DNA of 64,000 nt from Eledone cirrhosa (lineage: Eukaryota). The notes beneath the pieces were generated by a model. That model did no database searches, was not told where the DNA came from, and saw only the letters and a list, made by a program, of their open reading frames with translations. The stretch lies in the NCBI GenBank assembly GCA_964016885.1, contig OZ024746.1, positions 28,086,001 to 28,150,000 of the forward strand. The letters run 5' to 3'. Both the position numbers and the translations under genes were made by a program. Below, in pieces: positions 14,993 through 29,272 of this stretch. Position 1 is the first letter of the stretch; every line of letters begins with the position of its first letter.

Positions 14993-16379
14993 TATATTAG
15001 GTATGAATCGAAGTTGTAGCTCCCATATAGCAGGTACTAATCTAATTGTTTGAGGTAATCACAAAGCACTCAATGGAGCGGTATGATAATACATTACTTA
15101 TATATATATATATATATATATCAATATACATACTTTGAATATATATCAGTCATTTTTATATTCAACTAGTTTCTCTCATTAAATTGAGGTAATGCTCAGA
15201 CACTGCTTTGAATGAATTAGGTGATTCTATCAACCTCAGTACATTTTTTATTTTATTTTACAAATTCTGGTACTTGTTTTATTTATCATCGTTTGTTGAA
15301 CTGCTATGTCACAGGGCAAAAACAGCAAGTATAAATACAGATATGACCACAGACACACACATATATACATAACAAAATATTAATAATTGATATTTCCAGC
15401 CTTTTAGTTACAAATATAGGAAACAATACAGCAATGAACATCACTGTTTTGTTGTTAGCCACTTTTGTCAGTAGTAATGATTCTGTGTTAATACCCCAAT
15501 TTTAAAACAGGTACGTCATACACCTGCATGGGTTGGTAATATGAAGGGCATCTGGTGATAATACACTGCCACAGAAAACTCTGTCCGAGCTATGCCAGTG
15601 TGAAAAAAATGAACATAGAATGATGTACTTTGTGGAAGAGTCAGGTTTTAGCATTTTAACAATGAAATGATTTCATTTCAACTAAGGGTGGTCACTAATA
15701 AAGCCCCCTATCAAACAAGTATAACTGATATATATATACACACACAAAGGGCTCTTGTACAGTTCTCATCTACCAAGTGTCACTCACTGATCAATTTGAG
15801 GCTATAGTAGAACAGATTATAAGATGGAAGAGTCATTTTAAAGCTATTTAACAATGTAACTGCTTCAGTTTCAACATTTGTTGCTGTCAGATCATGCCTA
15901 TTGTCAAACAAGTACACCCAACCCCCTCAAATATACATATATTCAATTTACTAAATGAGATCATTAACAATTAGAGGATGTGGTAGTGTGGTGGCTTTAA
16001 TCATAGCCTTTTACAGATGGATGATCTGACACATTGAGAAACAAACTATATGACTCTCTTCTTAAAATGGTTAGAGTATGACAGACTCATACATTCCTAC
16101 TGAACACCATACTATACTATCAAAGAATTTGATGAAGTCATTAAAGGTAATGACAAGAGGCAATTTTATAACCTTATCATTTTCAATTACTCATTGCTAG
16201 GATAGTAGTTGTGATGTTGTGGCTAGTATGGCCTAAAATTATTTTGGTTTTGTCTCAGGAGATGATAAAGTACAGGTTGAATCTAACTGCTCTTGTATAG
16301 CAGCCGTGCATGGACACTTACAAAATGAAGAGAAAATTAATGTTGCTCATTGATAAACAAAGTTGATATGAATAGCCAC

Positions 16380-16815
16380 TGATGTGATGTGACAACAGGG
16401 TATGACATATCAATACCTACAGATGTTATAAATGGCTATTGATGTGACAACAGGGTATGACAAATCAATAGCTACAGATGTTATGACTGGCCATTGATGT
16501 GACAACAGAGTATGACAGATCAATACCTACAGATGTTTATGACTGGCCATTGATGTGACAACAGGGTATGACAGATCAATACCTACAGATGTTATGACTG
16601 GCCATTGATGTGACAACAGGGTATGACAAATCAATAGCTACAGATGTTATGACTGGGCATTGATGTGATGTGACAACAGGGTATGACAGATCAATACCTA
16701 CAGATGTTATGACTGGCCATTGATGTGATGTGACAACAGTCTATGACAGATCAATACACAAAAATATTATGAATGGCCATTGATGTGACAACAGGGTATG
16801 ACAAATCAATACCTA
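16380..16815. repeat. 55-bp minisatellite
   Basis: Unit gatgtgacaacagggtatgacagatcaatacctacagatgttatgactggccatt, ~8 copies, some with an extra gatgt. Confidence 0.92.
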
Positions 16816-17935
16816 AAGAGAAACCCTCTCCCCCAAATAATCGAGAAGGTAAGTCAAATCTCTCTCAAATCATCAAATCACACAGCTTACAGTTGCAATA
16901 ATAGTAGGAAGGAGGACATATATGATAATGTAGTCCTTGATAAACTGTCTCAACACAAAATGAGCATCAACAAAACAAAAAAGACATATGTCTTTGATTC
17001 TAGGTTGACTGGATCAAAGCAGTCCTGGAGAGGTGAGGTGGAGATCTAATCAACAACATTTCCTTGAAATTAAGCCAGTACAAATATAGGCAGAGGAAGA
17101 GAGCTGAGGGGTGGACAGAGGGTGGGAGAGGGGGGGGGCTTATCTTTGCAGAGTATTGATAAAGAGAATGGAGAGTAATGGAATTTCTCTGCTTTTGATG
17201 ATATATCTGATTCAAATCTCTTTGTTCTTCGAAATTTCACAGATATCTGAATACAGTACCATGTGTGGGTGAGTCTTCTGGTATGTGGGGGTGGGGGTGG
17301 GGTGGTGGTGCAGTCGTAGATTAATTCGACTTTTTAATCTCCCCCCTCCTGCAAGATGGCTTTCAAAATTATTATTATTATTATCATTGTTATTACTATT
17401 ACTATTTTTATAAATCACTAAGCATTTGAAAGTAAAAATTCAAAAAAAAGGAAGCTGACGCATCAAAAGAAATTTTGGGCGATTAAACTTGTGTAGATTG
17501 TGTGTGTGTTAGGTTGTGTGCGTGTGTGTGTGTGTGTCTGTGATTAATTAATCTTTTTTTATTTATACATATATTTTTTTAAACTTATTTCTAAGTAAAG
17601 AGAATTTTTAAACCATAAAATTTTAATATATTTATTTTCATTTGTTGATATATTTTTAAAGTTCTGATATTATTATTTTTATATTTATTCATTTTTATTT
17701 CAGATCGCTTTTTTATGAGAGTAAAAAAAAAGTGTGGGGAAGGTGGAGATCAGGGGAGAGTTTGCAGCAGTGTGATTCTTTTTTCATAATTACAGAAAAG
17801 AAATATCATTTTGATTTTTCATTTCATAAAAATTTTTCATTCTATTATATTCTTAAAATGAATAAATTCCAATTGGATAATTCATAAAATATCAGCATTC
17901 ATACCTACATGCTATGTTATGTGTATATGTGTATA

Positions 17936-17994
<59 letters not shown>

Positions 17995-18117
17995 TGTCAT
18001 CATCCTCATTTAACACCTGCTTTCTCTGCAATGTGTATGTATGTATGTATATGTCTATATATGTATCTATCCATATTTTAAAATATCTTTTGTGCCAATT
18101 AATTTGTAAAGATACAT

Positions 18118-18161
<44 letters not shown>

Positions 18162-18401
18162 CACACACACAATCGCTTCACCAGACTGTCTATATCAAAA
18201 CCAGTCCAGTCCAGTTCATCCCTGACTAGTTCAAATCAGTCCAGCCCAGTCTACGTTAAACCAGTTTAAACCAGTCCAAACTGGACACAAGAGATGTTGT
18301 ATATTATGCATATTTTGATTCACAAAATTAAAGAAGAAAAAAAAATTAGTTACCTTGGCTTTCTTGCTTTCAAACACTGTTCTCACCACATATTCAAACA
18401 A

Positions 18402-18433
<32 letters not shown>

Positions 18434-18800
18434 ACACACACACACACGTATGTAAACGTATGGATGTCAGTGTGGGAGAGCATGCAAGTGTATGTCTCTA
18501 CATCCCAAAAGTAATGTCCAATTTTTAAATTGGGTCTCACTTATCTGCTTTGTAAATATGTAAATAAGATTGTTTTTCAATTTGTATATTGTTTGTGGCA
18601 TCAATAGAAGTGGGCATTGCTTTTGGGACATCTTATGTATATATATATATATATATAAGTATAAAGGATGGCTGATGGCAACTTCTTTTTCTGACTTTTA
18701 AAGGTCTTCACACTATTTTATGGCATTACTGCACATGAGCACATTATCCCTTATACTTATATACTTATATTCTCAATGCTTAGAATTCTGAAAGAACAGG

Positions 18801-18858
<58 letters not shown>

Positions 18859-19396
18859 TAAAATTGATTTATCTTTGCATTACCAGACAATTGTGTGGCC
18901 ATTATGTAATGGAAACATAAGTCAAACTTGTATATATATATACACAGACATATATATGAATAAAATAGCATGTACTATAAAATGCACATGATAGTGCAGG
19001 TTTCCTCTCTCCATGGCAAAAAGTGACCTTAATTATAGCATTTTTAGGCCAGCTCTCTCCCTTTGTGTGTTTATATACATATATACACACTACTATATAA
19101 ATGTATGTATATATAGATATTATATAAACACACACACATACATATACATATTATATAATATACATAAAGATAGATCTATGTATAGTGGTTGCATAAAAAA
19201 TAGTTAAACAGCTAAATAGCCAGGTTTATACAAAGATATCACTTTAGCATCTATTTGTCTCCCCCTCTTCACCTCGCCCTCTTTCTCTTTTCTTTCTCCT
19301 CCCGCCTAATATACACAGCCTAAGATTTTTTTTCTTTGTGTGGTGGGTGAGAAGGTAAGAGTTATAGTTCTCCATTTTTTCTCTACACTACATCCT

Positions 19397-19400
19397 TATA

Positions 19401-19450
<50 letters not shown>

Positions 19451-19536
19451 TATTGTATATATATATATATATATACACACACTCACATACACACATATAT
19501 ATATATACATATATATATATATACACACACACACAT

Positions 19537-19596
<60 letters not shown>

Positions 19597-19611
19597 TCAC
19601 ATACACACATT

Positions 19612-19656
<45 letters not shown>

Positions 19657-19785
19657 TCACATACACACACATATATATATATACACATACACTCACATAC
19701 ACACATATACATATATATACACACACTCACATACACACACACACATATATATATATATACACACACACACTCACATATACACATT

Positions 19786-19833
<48 letters not shown>

Positions 19834-20060
19834 CACATACACACACATATATATATACACACACACACACACACTCACATACACACATATATATATATAT
19901 ATATATTTATCAACCAGTTTTGTTGGACATGTCAGTTCCCTCATTTGGAAACACACACATACACACATACAATGTAATATATTTCATATGTACATATACA
20001 TATATATATATATATATGCACATACACACACGCACACTCACACAGATATATATATAGCTA
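19397..20060. repeat. Compound (TA)n/(CA)n microsatellite with a higher-order cactcacatacac unit
   Basis: Directly visible. Confidence 0.9.
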
Positions 20061-20328
20061 TATACACTTATCTCCGAGTCATTTGTAGCAATAATTGTTC
20101 TTTAAATTCTGGTCAAAGACAGCTATGACAGTTGCTACTCCTACTACTAATATTACAAGTAGTAGTAGTGGTGGTAGTAGTAGTAGTGGTTGTTGTAGTA
20201 GTGGTGGTGGTAGTAGTAGTGGTAATCGTGGTTGTAGTAGTAGTAGTAGTAGTAGTGGCAAGTCGCAGAAATAAATTTTTCCTTCTGTCCTTTGCTTCTT
20301 TCTTTTCCTTTCTCCTTCCATAGTAGCG

Positions 20329-20365
<37 letters not shown>

Positions 20366-20721
20366 ATTAGTGTGTGTGTGTGTGTGTGTACGCACCATTG
20401 ACATAAATAACACTACTATCTCTTCCTCCTTCTCTTCCGCCTCCTTCTCCTCATTATCATTTTTTGACTTTTCATCACCCAGGCCACCCCCACACCCATC
20501 TATCTACCCACCCTTTAAACAAAATACCAATCACAATGACCAATAACCCATGATCAATCAGTGAACAACCAATGATCTTTTCCTTCCTCCATCTACATCC
20601 TTGGTTTGAAACCCTGTCCCTTTCTCTCACACTCACTCAGCAGCAGCAGCAGCAGCAGCAGTGACAGCAGTGGTGGTGGTGGTGGTAAGTTATACAATAA
20701 CCCCATCTGGTTGTGGAGGGT

Positions 20722-20844
20722 TCAGTAAGCACATGAGGGTTCTTCCACAGGTGGTAAAGGGCTGTAAGCTGTGCTAATTGATCGGAATGAACAGACAGCC
20801 GGATCAAACCAACATTTGGAACTGGTACCATTGCCACTGATAGT
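20722..20844 (-). CDS. Terminal coding exon of the Q/N-rich FAM53-like-motif gene (TISGNGTSSKCWFDPAVCSFRSISTAYSPLPPVEEPSCAY*)
   Basis: Acceptor ATTTTATCTTTTGCAG| ends at 20845. The phase-0 frame is open for 40 codons to TGA at 20724-20722, matches the phase-0 donor at 42068, and has balanced, non-repetitive composition. Confidence 0.7.
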   Translation of the reverse strand, partial: TISGNGTSSKCWFDPAVCSFRSISTAYSPLPPVEEPSCAY

Positions 20845-21019
20845 CTGCAAAAGATAAAATATGCACATTTGAAAGACTCACAGACAAGAAATGTTTTATA
20901 CACAATTTCATAGAATAACTTTATATATACAATCTATGCTAGTGTAGAAAAATGGATGTTAAACGGTGATGATGATGATATTATATACGATACGAGATTA
21001 TATATACGAGTACATCATA

Positions 21020-21370
21020 TACACTAGTAATTTATATTATATAGTACACTATATACAACAGTACATTATATACAATACTAGATTATAAACACTAGTAAAT
21101 TATATGAACTAGTAAACTATATGCAATATTAAACATATACACTAGTATATTATATACACTAGTATATTATATACACTAGTATATTATATACACCAGTATA
21201 TTATATTCACCAGTATATTATATTCACCAGTATATTATATACACTAGTAGATTATATAGAACAGTAGATTAAATACAGTAGTACATTATGTGCAATTTAC
21301 ATTACATACAACAGTTCATTCTATACACTTTATATTATAAACAGTAGATTCTATACATTTTACATTACAT
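21020..21370. repeat. 17-bp minisatellite (tatattatatacactag)
   Basis: Directly visible tandem copies. Confidence 0.8.
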
Positions 21371-21579
21371 GCAGTAGTTTTATAAACAGTATAAGTAATA
21401 TTTAGTTTCTTAACCAAACTTTAACACACATATATAATGTTGAACACTGGAAAAAAAAAGCCAAGCTATAGCTAATACATTGTTTTATCTCTTGGATATA
21501 CATTCATTTATTTTATTTATTTATGTTCCAGGTAAGGCACTGGTGTCATGTTATGCACAAACACAAACACACAGATATA

Positions 21580-21735
21580 TATAGGTAAAATTTCGTTATT
21601 ATTATAACAACATTTTTTTCAATTCCCCAGCCGCAAGTACAATGTACATCGGTCGCTCCCGTTATAAAGAATTTTCCATTAAAATGAATTTTTTTTATAC
21701 CCCGTGAATTTTGTTATAACAGAATGTCACTGTGT
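21580..21735. mobile_element. Possible Tc1/pogo-type MITE remnant
   Basis: TA-flanked, with the right end gttataacagaatgtcactg|ta and internal gttataa motifs. The left end is degenerate. Confidence 0.3.
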
Positions 21736-22292
21736 ATATATATATATTTTTTTTTTTTAAAATTAAAATAACAGATTAAAGTTTAAGCAAAGAATCGCTG
21801 CTTTCACCGTTAACAGGATCTTCTGAAACTAAAAAAATCAATCTGTGAACGCAGATTTAAATATTTCGAAAAACATTGCAACTGAAGGAAGACAGGAGGA
21901 CGATATTTTGGTTCGTGGAAACGTTCCTTGGCAAAGAACGGATAAACGAAGATAATACGTCATTATTTGGAGCGGTGAAAACAATTACACGCAAAGACAA
22001 AACCACGTTTATGGTATAAATGAAGTCATAGACTGATATTCTATTAGGTGGTTCGTGGAGACGTTCTCAGGCAATGAACGGAAAAAACGAAGATATTACG
22101 TCATTATGTGGAGTGGTGAGAACAATTACAATTTTAATAAATATTTTCTCTACGGTTCTTATATATTTGATATATATTTATCCTTATCGAGCTCTATTTT
22201 GATTTTAGTCTTCATATTTATTATTATTACTATATATATATATATATATAGGTATATCTTTGTTAATCCTCTTTTTACATATTTTATATATA

Positions 22293-22818
22293 TATCATCA
22301 TCATCATCATCATCGTTTAACGTCCATATTCCACGCTTGCATGGGTTTGGACGGGGGTTTCCCCACTTGAGGCAAGAGTGGTTGTCTTGCTCGCATAGGA
22401 CTGTCTGGCGGGTTTTCTACGGCTGGATACCCTTCCTAACACCAACCACATTTACAGTGTGGAACTGGGAGGTTTTTACCGTGTTGCCTACACGGCCACA
22501 TTACAGCGTGGACTGTGTGTTTTTTTGTCGTGACACCTACACGACCTCATTTGTTTCGGGCTGGATGTTGTGACACCAACATAACTTTACATTGAAGGGG
22601 TGGTGTGGATGGGGTGGGGGTAGTGGGATGGGGTGTATTTTGTTAGAGGTGCCTACTGACTGTAGTAGGTTTCACTTTGTACTTAGGTAAGGCGGGTCTT
22701 CTCTATTACTGTGTAGCGCCAAAGCTCTCGGTCCAGTGACATTGTCTTGGAGAGGTGTAAGTGTGTGAGGTCGGAATTTATCAAGTCGTCCCAGGTTTTT
22801 CTGGGTCTTCCTACTCCG
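22293..22818 (-). mobile_element. RTE LINE 3' fragment (ORF end + 3'UTR + (GAT)n tail)
   Basis: Encodes GRPRKTWDDLINSDLTHLHLSKTMSLDRELWR, nearly identical to the 3' part of the RTE at 50229-51585. Confidence 0.85.
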
Positions 22819-22830
22819 TATATATATATA

Positions 22831-23012
22831 TGTAATGTGGCCATGTAGGCAACACGGTAAAAACCTCCCAGTCCCACACTGTAAATATGGTTGGTGTTAG
22901 GAAGGGCATCCAGCTGTAGAAAACCACTCTTGCCTCAAGGGGGAAAACTCCCGTCCAAACCCATGCAAGCGTGGAATATGGACGTTAAACGATGATGATG
23001 ATGATGATGATG
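22831..23012 (+). mobile_element. Inverted partial copy of the same RTE 3'UTR
   Basis: Reverse complement of ~22293-22505 with one internal deletion. Confidence 0.85.
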
Positions 23013-23670
23013 ATATATATATATACGTACAGAGAGAGAGAGAGAGAGAGAGAGGAGGAAAGACAAAGAATGGAGAGGAAGTGATATAAACAACACTGGT
23101 AACAGAAAACAAAACGTATTTTTAGACTATTTGATCAAACAAATCCCTACCCCTCCTCATTTGTGTTTCATGAATTCTAAATGAATAGTTTAGAAGCTAT
23201 TTTATGAGAGTGAAACAGTTGTTTGACAGAAAAACATAAAATCCACTACAATTATTATTATTATAGAGATTCCTATAATAATTGTCCTGGATTTTGTGTT
23301 CTCCTTGTGTCTGTGTTTTTAAGCAATATCCAGTAGTAGAGAGGATTTGGTGGCAAACATGTATTTGTCTGGTTAAGAGGATTTTCTAAACCCTGTGATT
23401 CCTAGACAATATATCAACAGCGGAGACAGTCACAACCAGAAAATTGTCACATCTTAATTGACATCAACTCATATATGTTTTGTAAATCTAAGAGATTCCA
23501 AGCTTGTGTGCTTCCAATGCAATATATCATAGTAAGAGAGAGAATTACTTCTACAATGTCAACATTTAATTGGATTCAAGTCATACATGTCTTGCAAAAG
23601 CTAGAAGATGCTAATTGTTTTTGTGTGTGTGTGAGCTTTGGTTAGCAGAACTGGAATTGTTTACATGGAA

Positions 23671-23860
23671 AATAATTGTTTCTACGTCAGGCACAAGGCC
23701 TGCAATTACCCAGTGTATTACTGGTACTTTATTTTATCAACCCCGTAAGGATGAAAGGCAAAGTTAACCTCGGCGGGATTTGAACTCAGAATGGCAAGGG
23801 CCGTAACTATGTGTCAAATCATGGCGTCCGACCCTCTACCGATACTGCCAATCCATCGCC
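23671..23860 (-). mobile_element. SINE family A copy
   Basis: Matches 1-190. ttacatggaaaataat flanks both sides (23661 and 23863) and may be a target-site duplication. Confidence 0.85.
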
Positions 23861-25277
23861 TATTACATGGAAAATAATGTCACATTCTTTAATATTTACA
23901 TGGAAAATAATGTCACATTCTTTAATATTTATCACATGGATGTACACACACACACACACACACACACCCATGACACACCTGGACCCTCCATATCGTCCCC
24001 CACTCCTGAATGCCAGACCACTCGCCCACCACCCGCAACCCTCTTATCAACCCTTTCCAAACTCTCATGTGCCTACCCTACCTGTTCTGTCTCTCCCTCT
24101 ATGAACTCTCCATTTCCTGATGAAGGACCTCTGTCCAAAGCCCTCCTCTACTTCCTCTTAATAAGACTTTGGGTTGTTGCATCGCTGCATGTGTGTTATT
24201 TCTTCAACTTAGTGCCTGTACTCAGCTGTTCCCAGCTACAGCTGTTAATACTCATTTGATCCCCTAAGCCTAACTCTAGTGCTAGTTTGTTGCAGAGCTC
24301 AGCAAGAGCTGCTGGTACTCATCTTCAGTCAGTGGACAGGATCACTGTTGAATTATGTCTTGTTCAATGACACAAACACAACACCTATCTGGGAAACGAA
24401 CTCACAATTTAATCACCATGAGTTTAATACCTTACCCACTAAGCTATGCATCCCTTCACTGTAATTCTATTAACAGATTAAATTCAATAGCAGGTTGGTT
24501 CCATGATGAACACAAAGAATTCATAAAAAAGAATTAAGACAAAAAAAGAGAGAGAAATAGGAAGGGAAGGAGGTCTATAGAGCAGAAAATAAGAGAGAAA
24601 TCTAAGAGAAATAGAATAAGTGGTATGACAAATAATAGAAAATATAGACAAATAAATAAAAGTTTAAATAAATGCGGTTGCGGAAAGGGTGTAAATGAAC
24701 AGAATAAATTAGAGATTGAAGCAGGAAAAAAACCCCTGAAAAATCATTATATAAAGTATTTAAATGTAAAAACAAAATGAAGAAAGAAAATAAAAAAAGT
24801 GGTAAGGAAGATGGAGAAAGAGATAAAAGTAATTGTCGAGCAGTAAATATGTCAAAGACTAAGGTCTATAGAAATTAGTTTTCTATGTTAAAGACAATAG
24901 ATTCTAGAATTCTGTCAATTTCTATGTTAAACAGAACATACTCCAGAATTCTGTCAATTTCTGTTATTCTGTCAATTCAGTCAAATTCTGTCATTCACGC
25001 TTAAATAAATACATAAATAAATCAAGTAGCAAACATAAAATGAGAACTAGGCGACTAGGATAACTGTGTATGTATGTGCATGTATATGTATATTTGTGTG
25101 CATGTACATGTGTATATATGTGTAAGTAAATGCATATATATATATATGTGTGTGTACGTGTGTATATATATCACCTTGTCACCAATGTTACCAAACAGAA
25201 AGACAAAAAGTGTGACAATACACACAATACAAAAGGCCAAAGGATATCTCTTTTCTGAGATCTGACAATTCTAAGCC

Positions 25278-25308
<31 letters not shown>

Positions 25309-25439
25309 CTCCTTTCATCCAATGGACTGCTACTTGTTTATCAAGCCTTGAAACAAGGCAAAATTAATAATGAGGAGAACAGTTGTATTACTAATTCTTT
25401 CCAAATTCTTGGTAATTGTCCGAAGGATTTGAAAATCAT

Positions 25440-25630
25440 AGGCAGTGTCTTTCTTTAGTTATATGGTAATGAAAGGGCTAATGATATAGATAGTATCTAT
25501 CATTAGAAATATGATAATGAAAGGGTTAAACACATAGGCATTATCTTTCATTAGAAATAAGGTAATGAAAGGGTTAATGACAGAGGCAGTGTCTTTCATT
25601 AAAAATATGGTAATGAAAGGTTTAATCTTC
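25440..25630 (-). repeat. 48-bp tandem repeat (same family as 6805-6985)
   Basis: ggcagtgtctttcattagaaatatggtaatgaaagggttaa, about 4 copies. Confidence 0.8.
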
Positions 25631-25719
25631 CATTATATTACAGGCAAGAAAAAGGAAAAAAAGTGATAGAAAATGAAGAACGATTTGATATGGAAACGTT
25701 AAGTTGTTGACAGTCTGGA

Positions 25720-26040
25720 TCCATAAGGAAAGTAAAGAAGCTATTCGGCAGATCAGCCCAAGGGAACAATGTTTCCATTAGTGTTTCTGTAGCTGATACT
25801 ATCAGTTTGTCACAACCTCTGTGAAGAGAGATGATCATCAGGTTGGACCAAGGAAATAATGTTTCCATTGGTCTTTCCAGTGCTGACAGTCAGATCAGAT
25901 TAAGGAAACATTGTTTCCATTGGTCTTTCCATAGCTGATACTGTCAGTTTGTCACAACTTCTGGCAGAAGAAAAGAGTTGATCAAAAGATCAGACCAGAG
26001 GAACAATATTTCCATTGTTCTTTCCCTTGCTGAAAGTGGT
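25720..26040. repeat. Degenerate copies of the 95-bp satellite at 60220-60790
   Basis: Shared gatcagaccaaggaaacaatgtttccattgg...gctgatac...gtcacaac motifs. Confidence 0.65.
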
Positions 26041-26889
26041 TGTCAGAAATGAGCTGGCAGAAATGAGCAATACTAAATAAAGTATTTTGTTTAATAACAC
26101 AACATATCACACTGGTTCAGTAATCTAAACCACATTCTTAGGATCATGACACCAACACATTAACCACAAGGCCACACAACATCATCTATAAAGGCAAACA
26201 ATATCCTGAGAATTCCATCAGTAAATAGCGAGTGGGGGAAGAGGAGATGGTATTCCATACATTCTTGGTGTCATTCTAATACTTATTGATAACTTAAAAA
26301 CCAATGAAGGCTGTTATATTGTCTCTATTTCTATTATTATTATTATTATTATTGGAAGTTCTGTTTTTATTGCAAAGGTGTGTGCAGGGGATGGGGAGCA
26401 TGTGTCGAGGAATTTAATTTCAAGATTGCGAATATAAACACTCTCATACACACAGGCACACAAAAATATATCATGCATACATAAATATACAAACACACAT
26501 GTGTATATATATATTTAAGTGTGTGTATATATGTATGTAAGTGCATATATATATATATATATATATATGATAGATACAGTAGGTGTTAAGAAAGCAATTA
26601 CATAGCGAAAGCAACATGGTAGTGTAGTGATGATGATGATGTTGGTGGTGAGTGAGAAGGTGATAGTTAACATGGTGAAGCAACTGTTGCCATGGGTGAT
26701 GTGTTTGGATGAGAGCTCTTGGAAGATTCCTACCAAATATTAAACAAGTAATATTAAAAATTAATCTGGTGTCAGTGTCCACATACACACCACAAATATC
26801 TCCACATATATATATACAACTGTATACATACACACACCTGATTATGCACATAGATACACATAACTTATTACTTTGTTGATGTGTATGTG

Positions 26890-26927
<38 letters not shown>

Positions 26928-27047
26928 CACACACACACACACATATATATATACACATATAACACACACACATACACATGGCATATCTCTATTACACACA
27001 CACCTCTTCAAACATACTTCTCTGTTTATTACAAACACACACATATA

Positions 27048-27104
<57 letters not shown>

Positions 27105-27165
27105 ATATATCTATATATATATCTATATCTATATATATATCTATATATATGTAGGAACAAGTATG

Positions 27166-27261
27166 ACCCCGACGGCAGAGATCAAGCCGTTTCGATGGCT
27201 AATTCTGGACTAAATAAGAATTTTTAGCCTGGTAAATAAATAGCCGAACTTCTCAGGAGGT
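27166..27261 (-). ncRNA. Hammerhead-ribozyme-like motif (type I, variant core) in Penelope pseudo-LTR
   Basis: Reverse-complement copy of 29834-29929. Confidence 0.55.
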
Positions 27262-28167
27262 AATTCCTTATATGGGAAGATAGTAATTGTCAAAAGGATG
27301 GTCAAAATTTGTTGTAAAGAGAGATGATTCTATCATGGCATTTGGTGGGAGGTAGGGAGGGGGCTGAACAAGCCGGTAGAACAAAGAGGGAGTGGGGGAA
27401 ACCCAGTCAAGTGTTGAAAGTGAAATCTATACAGCAGATTCTAAAGATAGTGTATAGAAGGTCGAAAAAAGTGTACTGGAGAAGGGGAGGGGGAGTTGAA
27501 AGAATAGGTAAATCGAAAGGGAGTAAAATAAAAAAAAACATTATAAAAATAAGGAAATAAATATATTAAAAAAAAAAACAACAATTTCTGGTTACTACTC
27601 CATTTCCACAATCACCAAATCTCTCATTGGTGTTGCTAAGCTATAGAAAAGTTTAATAGGTGAAGAAAAATACTAATACGAGATTGTAGTGAAAGAATTT
27701 TATAAAGCCGGCTTTACAGGGGGTCTAACACCACTGCTATAGATAGTTAGTAATCAGCCAATGCTATCTTACAATGACAGGTTAATTAGTTGAGAACAAA
27801 AGTACTAAAATACTACTACAAAAATACTAATACAAAATATTAATTCAAAATACTAATACTAATACAAAAGTACCACTAAGAAATTTAGAAACCACAGAAA
27901 TGGAGCAGCAACCAGAAAGAAAACAATTTACTGGAGTCTAACACATCTGCTATAAAAAAGCGTAATCGGCCAGTTCTATCTTAAAATTAGGGGGGGGGGG
28001 GGGTACTGAGGCTACAGAGGACCGATGGGCTCCATCGAGGTAGGCGAAAAGGTGAAAAAAAGACAAGGGAGGAGATCTGGGGGTGGTGGGACTAGGAAGA
28101 GATGGGGGAAGAAGGAAATATAGAGGAAAAGATAAAAAAGTGGCAAGTGGGGTGTATCAGCCCTTGC

Positions 28168-29272
28168 CTACCCCCCCCCCCCCCCCGGGTCATTATGGGA
28201 TTTGAGGGCGAGATAAGTCCTACGCAATCTGTGTTTGCATGCGGTTACCAGTTCGTCTTTCTTGTTTAGGAGTTGGTCCTTCGAAAACAGCATTTGTAAT
28301 GTTTCCTCCGAGCATAAGTTACACGGACGGCGTCCTCCCGTGTAAGAGTTAGCTCTGGACAGTAAGCTCCAAGTGAGATTGTAGGTTATATTATTATCTT
28401 TGAGGTCCCAGATGAGGCCCGAAAGTGTAGTGGCATGACGCCGGGCTGGGTTTCGGAAAGTATGTTGGTGTAGGTAGAGCCGGGTCTTGAAGTCACAAGC
28501 GGTTAATCCTATATAAGCTTTGTTGGAGGTGTCCGTCCTCACGTTGCACTGGTAGATCACATTACGATCTTGGCATCTGTTGTTGAAGGGGCAAATGGAT
28601 CTATCAGGACAGTTACACCTCCTGGTCGGCTCTCCACTGCTGTCTAGGTTATTTCTTCCATAGAGGTTGAGTTTTTTGTTGTTAGAGGAGATGATGTTTT
28701 GTGCGAAGTTAGGTGTGGTGCTGTAGGAGAGTTTGATGGTGTTTTTGTTGATTATGTTGTGGTAGCGGTGTTGTAGTGGGAAGTGTTTTTCGAGGAGCCT
28801 AAAGAAGATTTTCCCGATAGGAGTTGTCATCTCGGCATTGTGGGGAGGATTGAACCACGTTACGTTGCGTGAGCGGCGGTGTCGCCTGCTGGTTCCGCTA
28901 ATGGAAGCTGGATGATAGGATATTTTCTCCCGGAAGCCACTCCGCTTGAGGGCCTGGTTATAATAAGGTGCATGTTCGTCGAATATCTGCTCATTAGCGG
29001 ATAAACGAGATATGCGGAGGGAGATGTTTTAACCAGGTTATTGGTGATGTTTCTAGGATCGTTCGACCGGCGGTGGATGTAATGCAGGTTGTCGTTTGGT
29101 TTCCTGTATGGGTAGTACAGATCATTATCGAGGTTAAGGGTAACGTCCAGGAAGTTTACTCGGGTTAGGGACGTTTGTAGGGTTATTTTAAATCCCGAGT
29201 CCCGGAAGAAGCTGATTAATTGTTTACGGACCCGGTCTGTACTACTGGGGTTGTACCGTTTGAGGGTGAGGA
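28168..29272 (-). pseudogene. Penelope RT C-terminus/thumb, linker and GIY-YIG endonuclease (one frameshift near 29030)
   Basis: Manual translation: ...RVNFLDVTLNL..YYPYRKPND.LHYIHRRSNDP [frameshift] ISLRISRLS...NVTWFNPP...KHFP...CNC....CP....C...VIYQC.......YIGLT..FKTR...H...CNLCSEE...LLNKKDEL...CKH. Confidence 0.92.

Noticed and set aside
21880-21950. Hammerhead candidate CTGAAGG...GAAACGTTC...GAACGGA
   Set aside because: It lacks the UH cleavage motif and A9, and the second repeat copy lacks GAAA.
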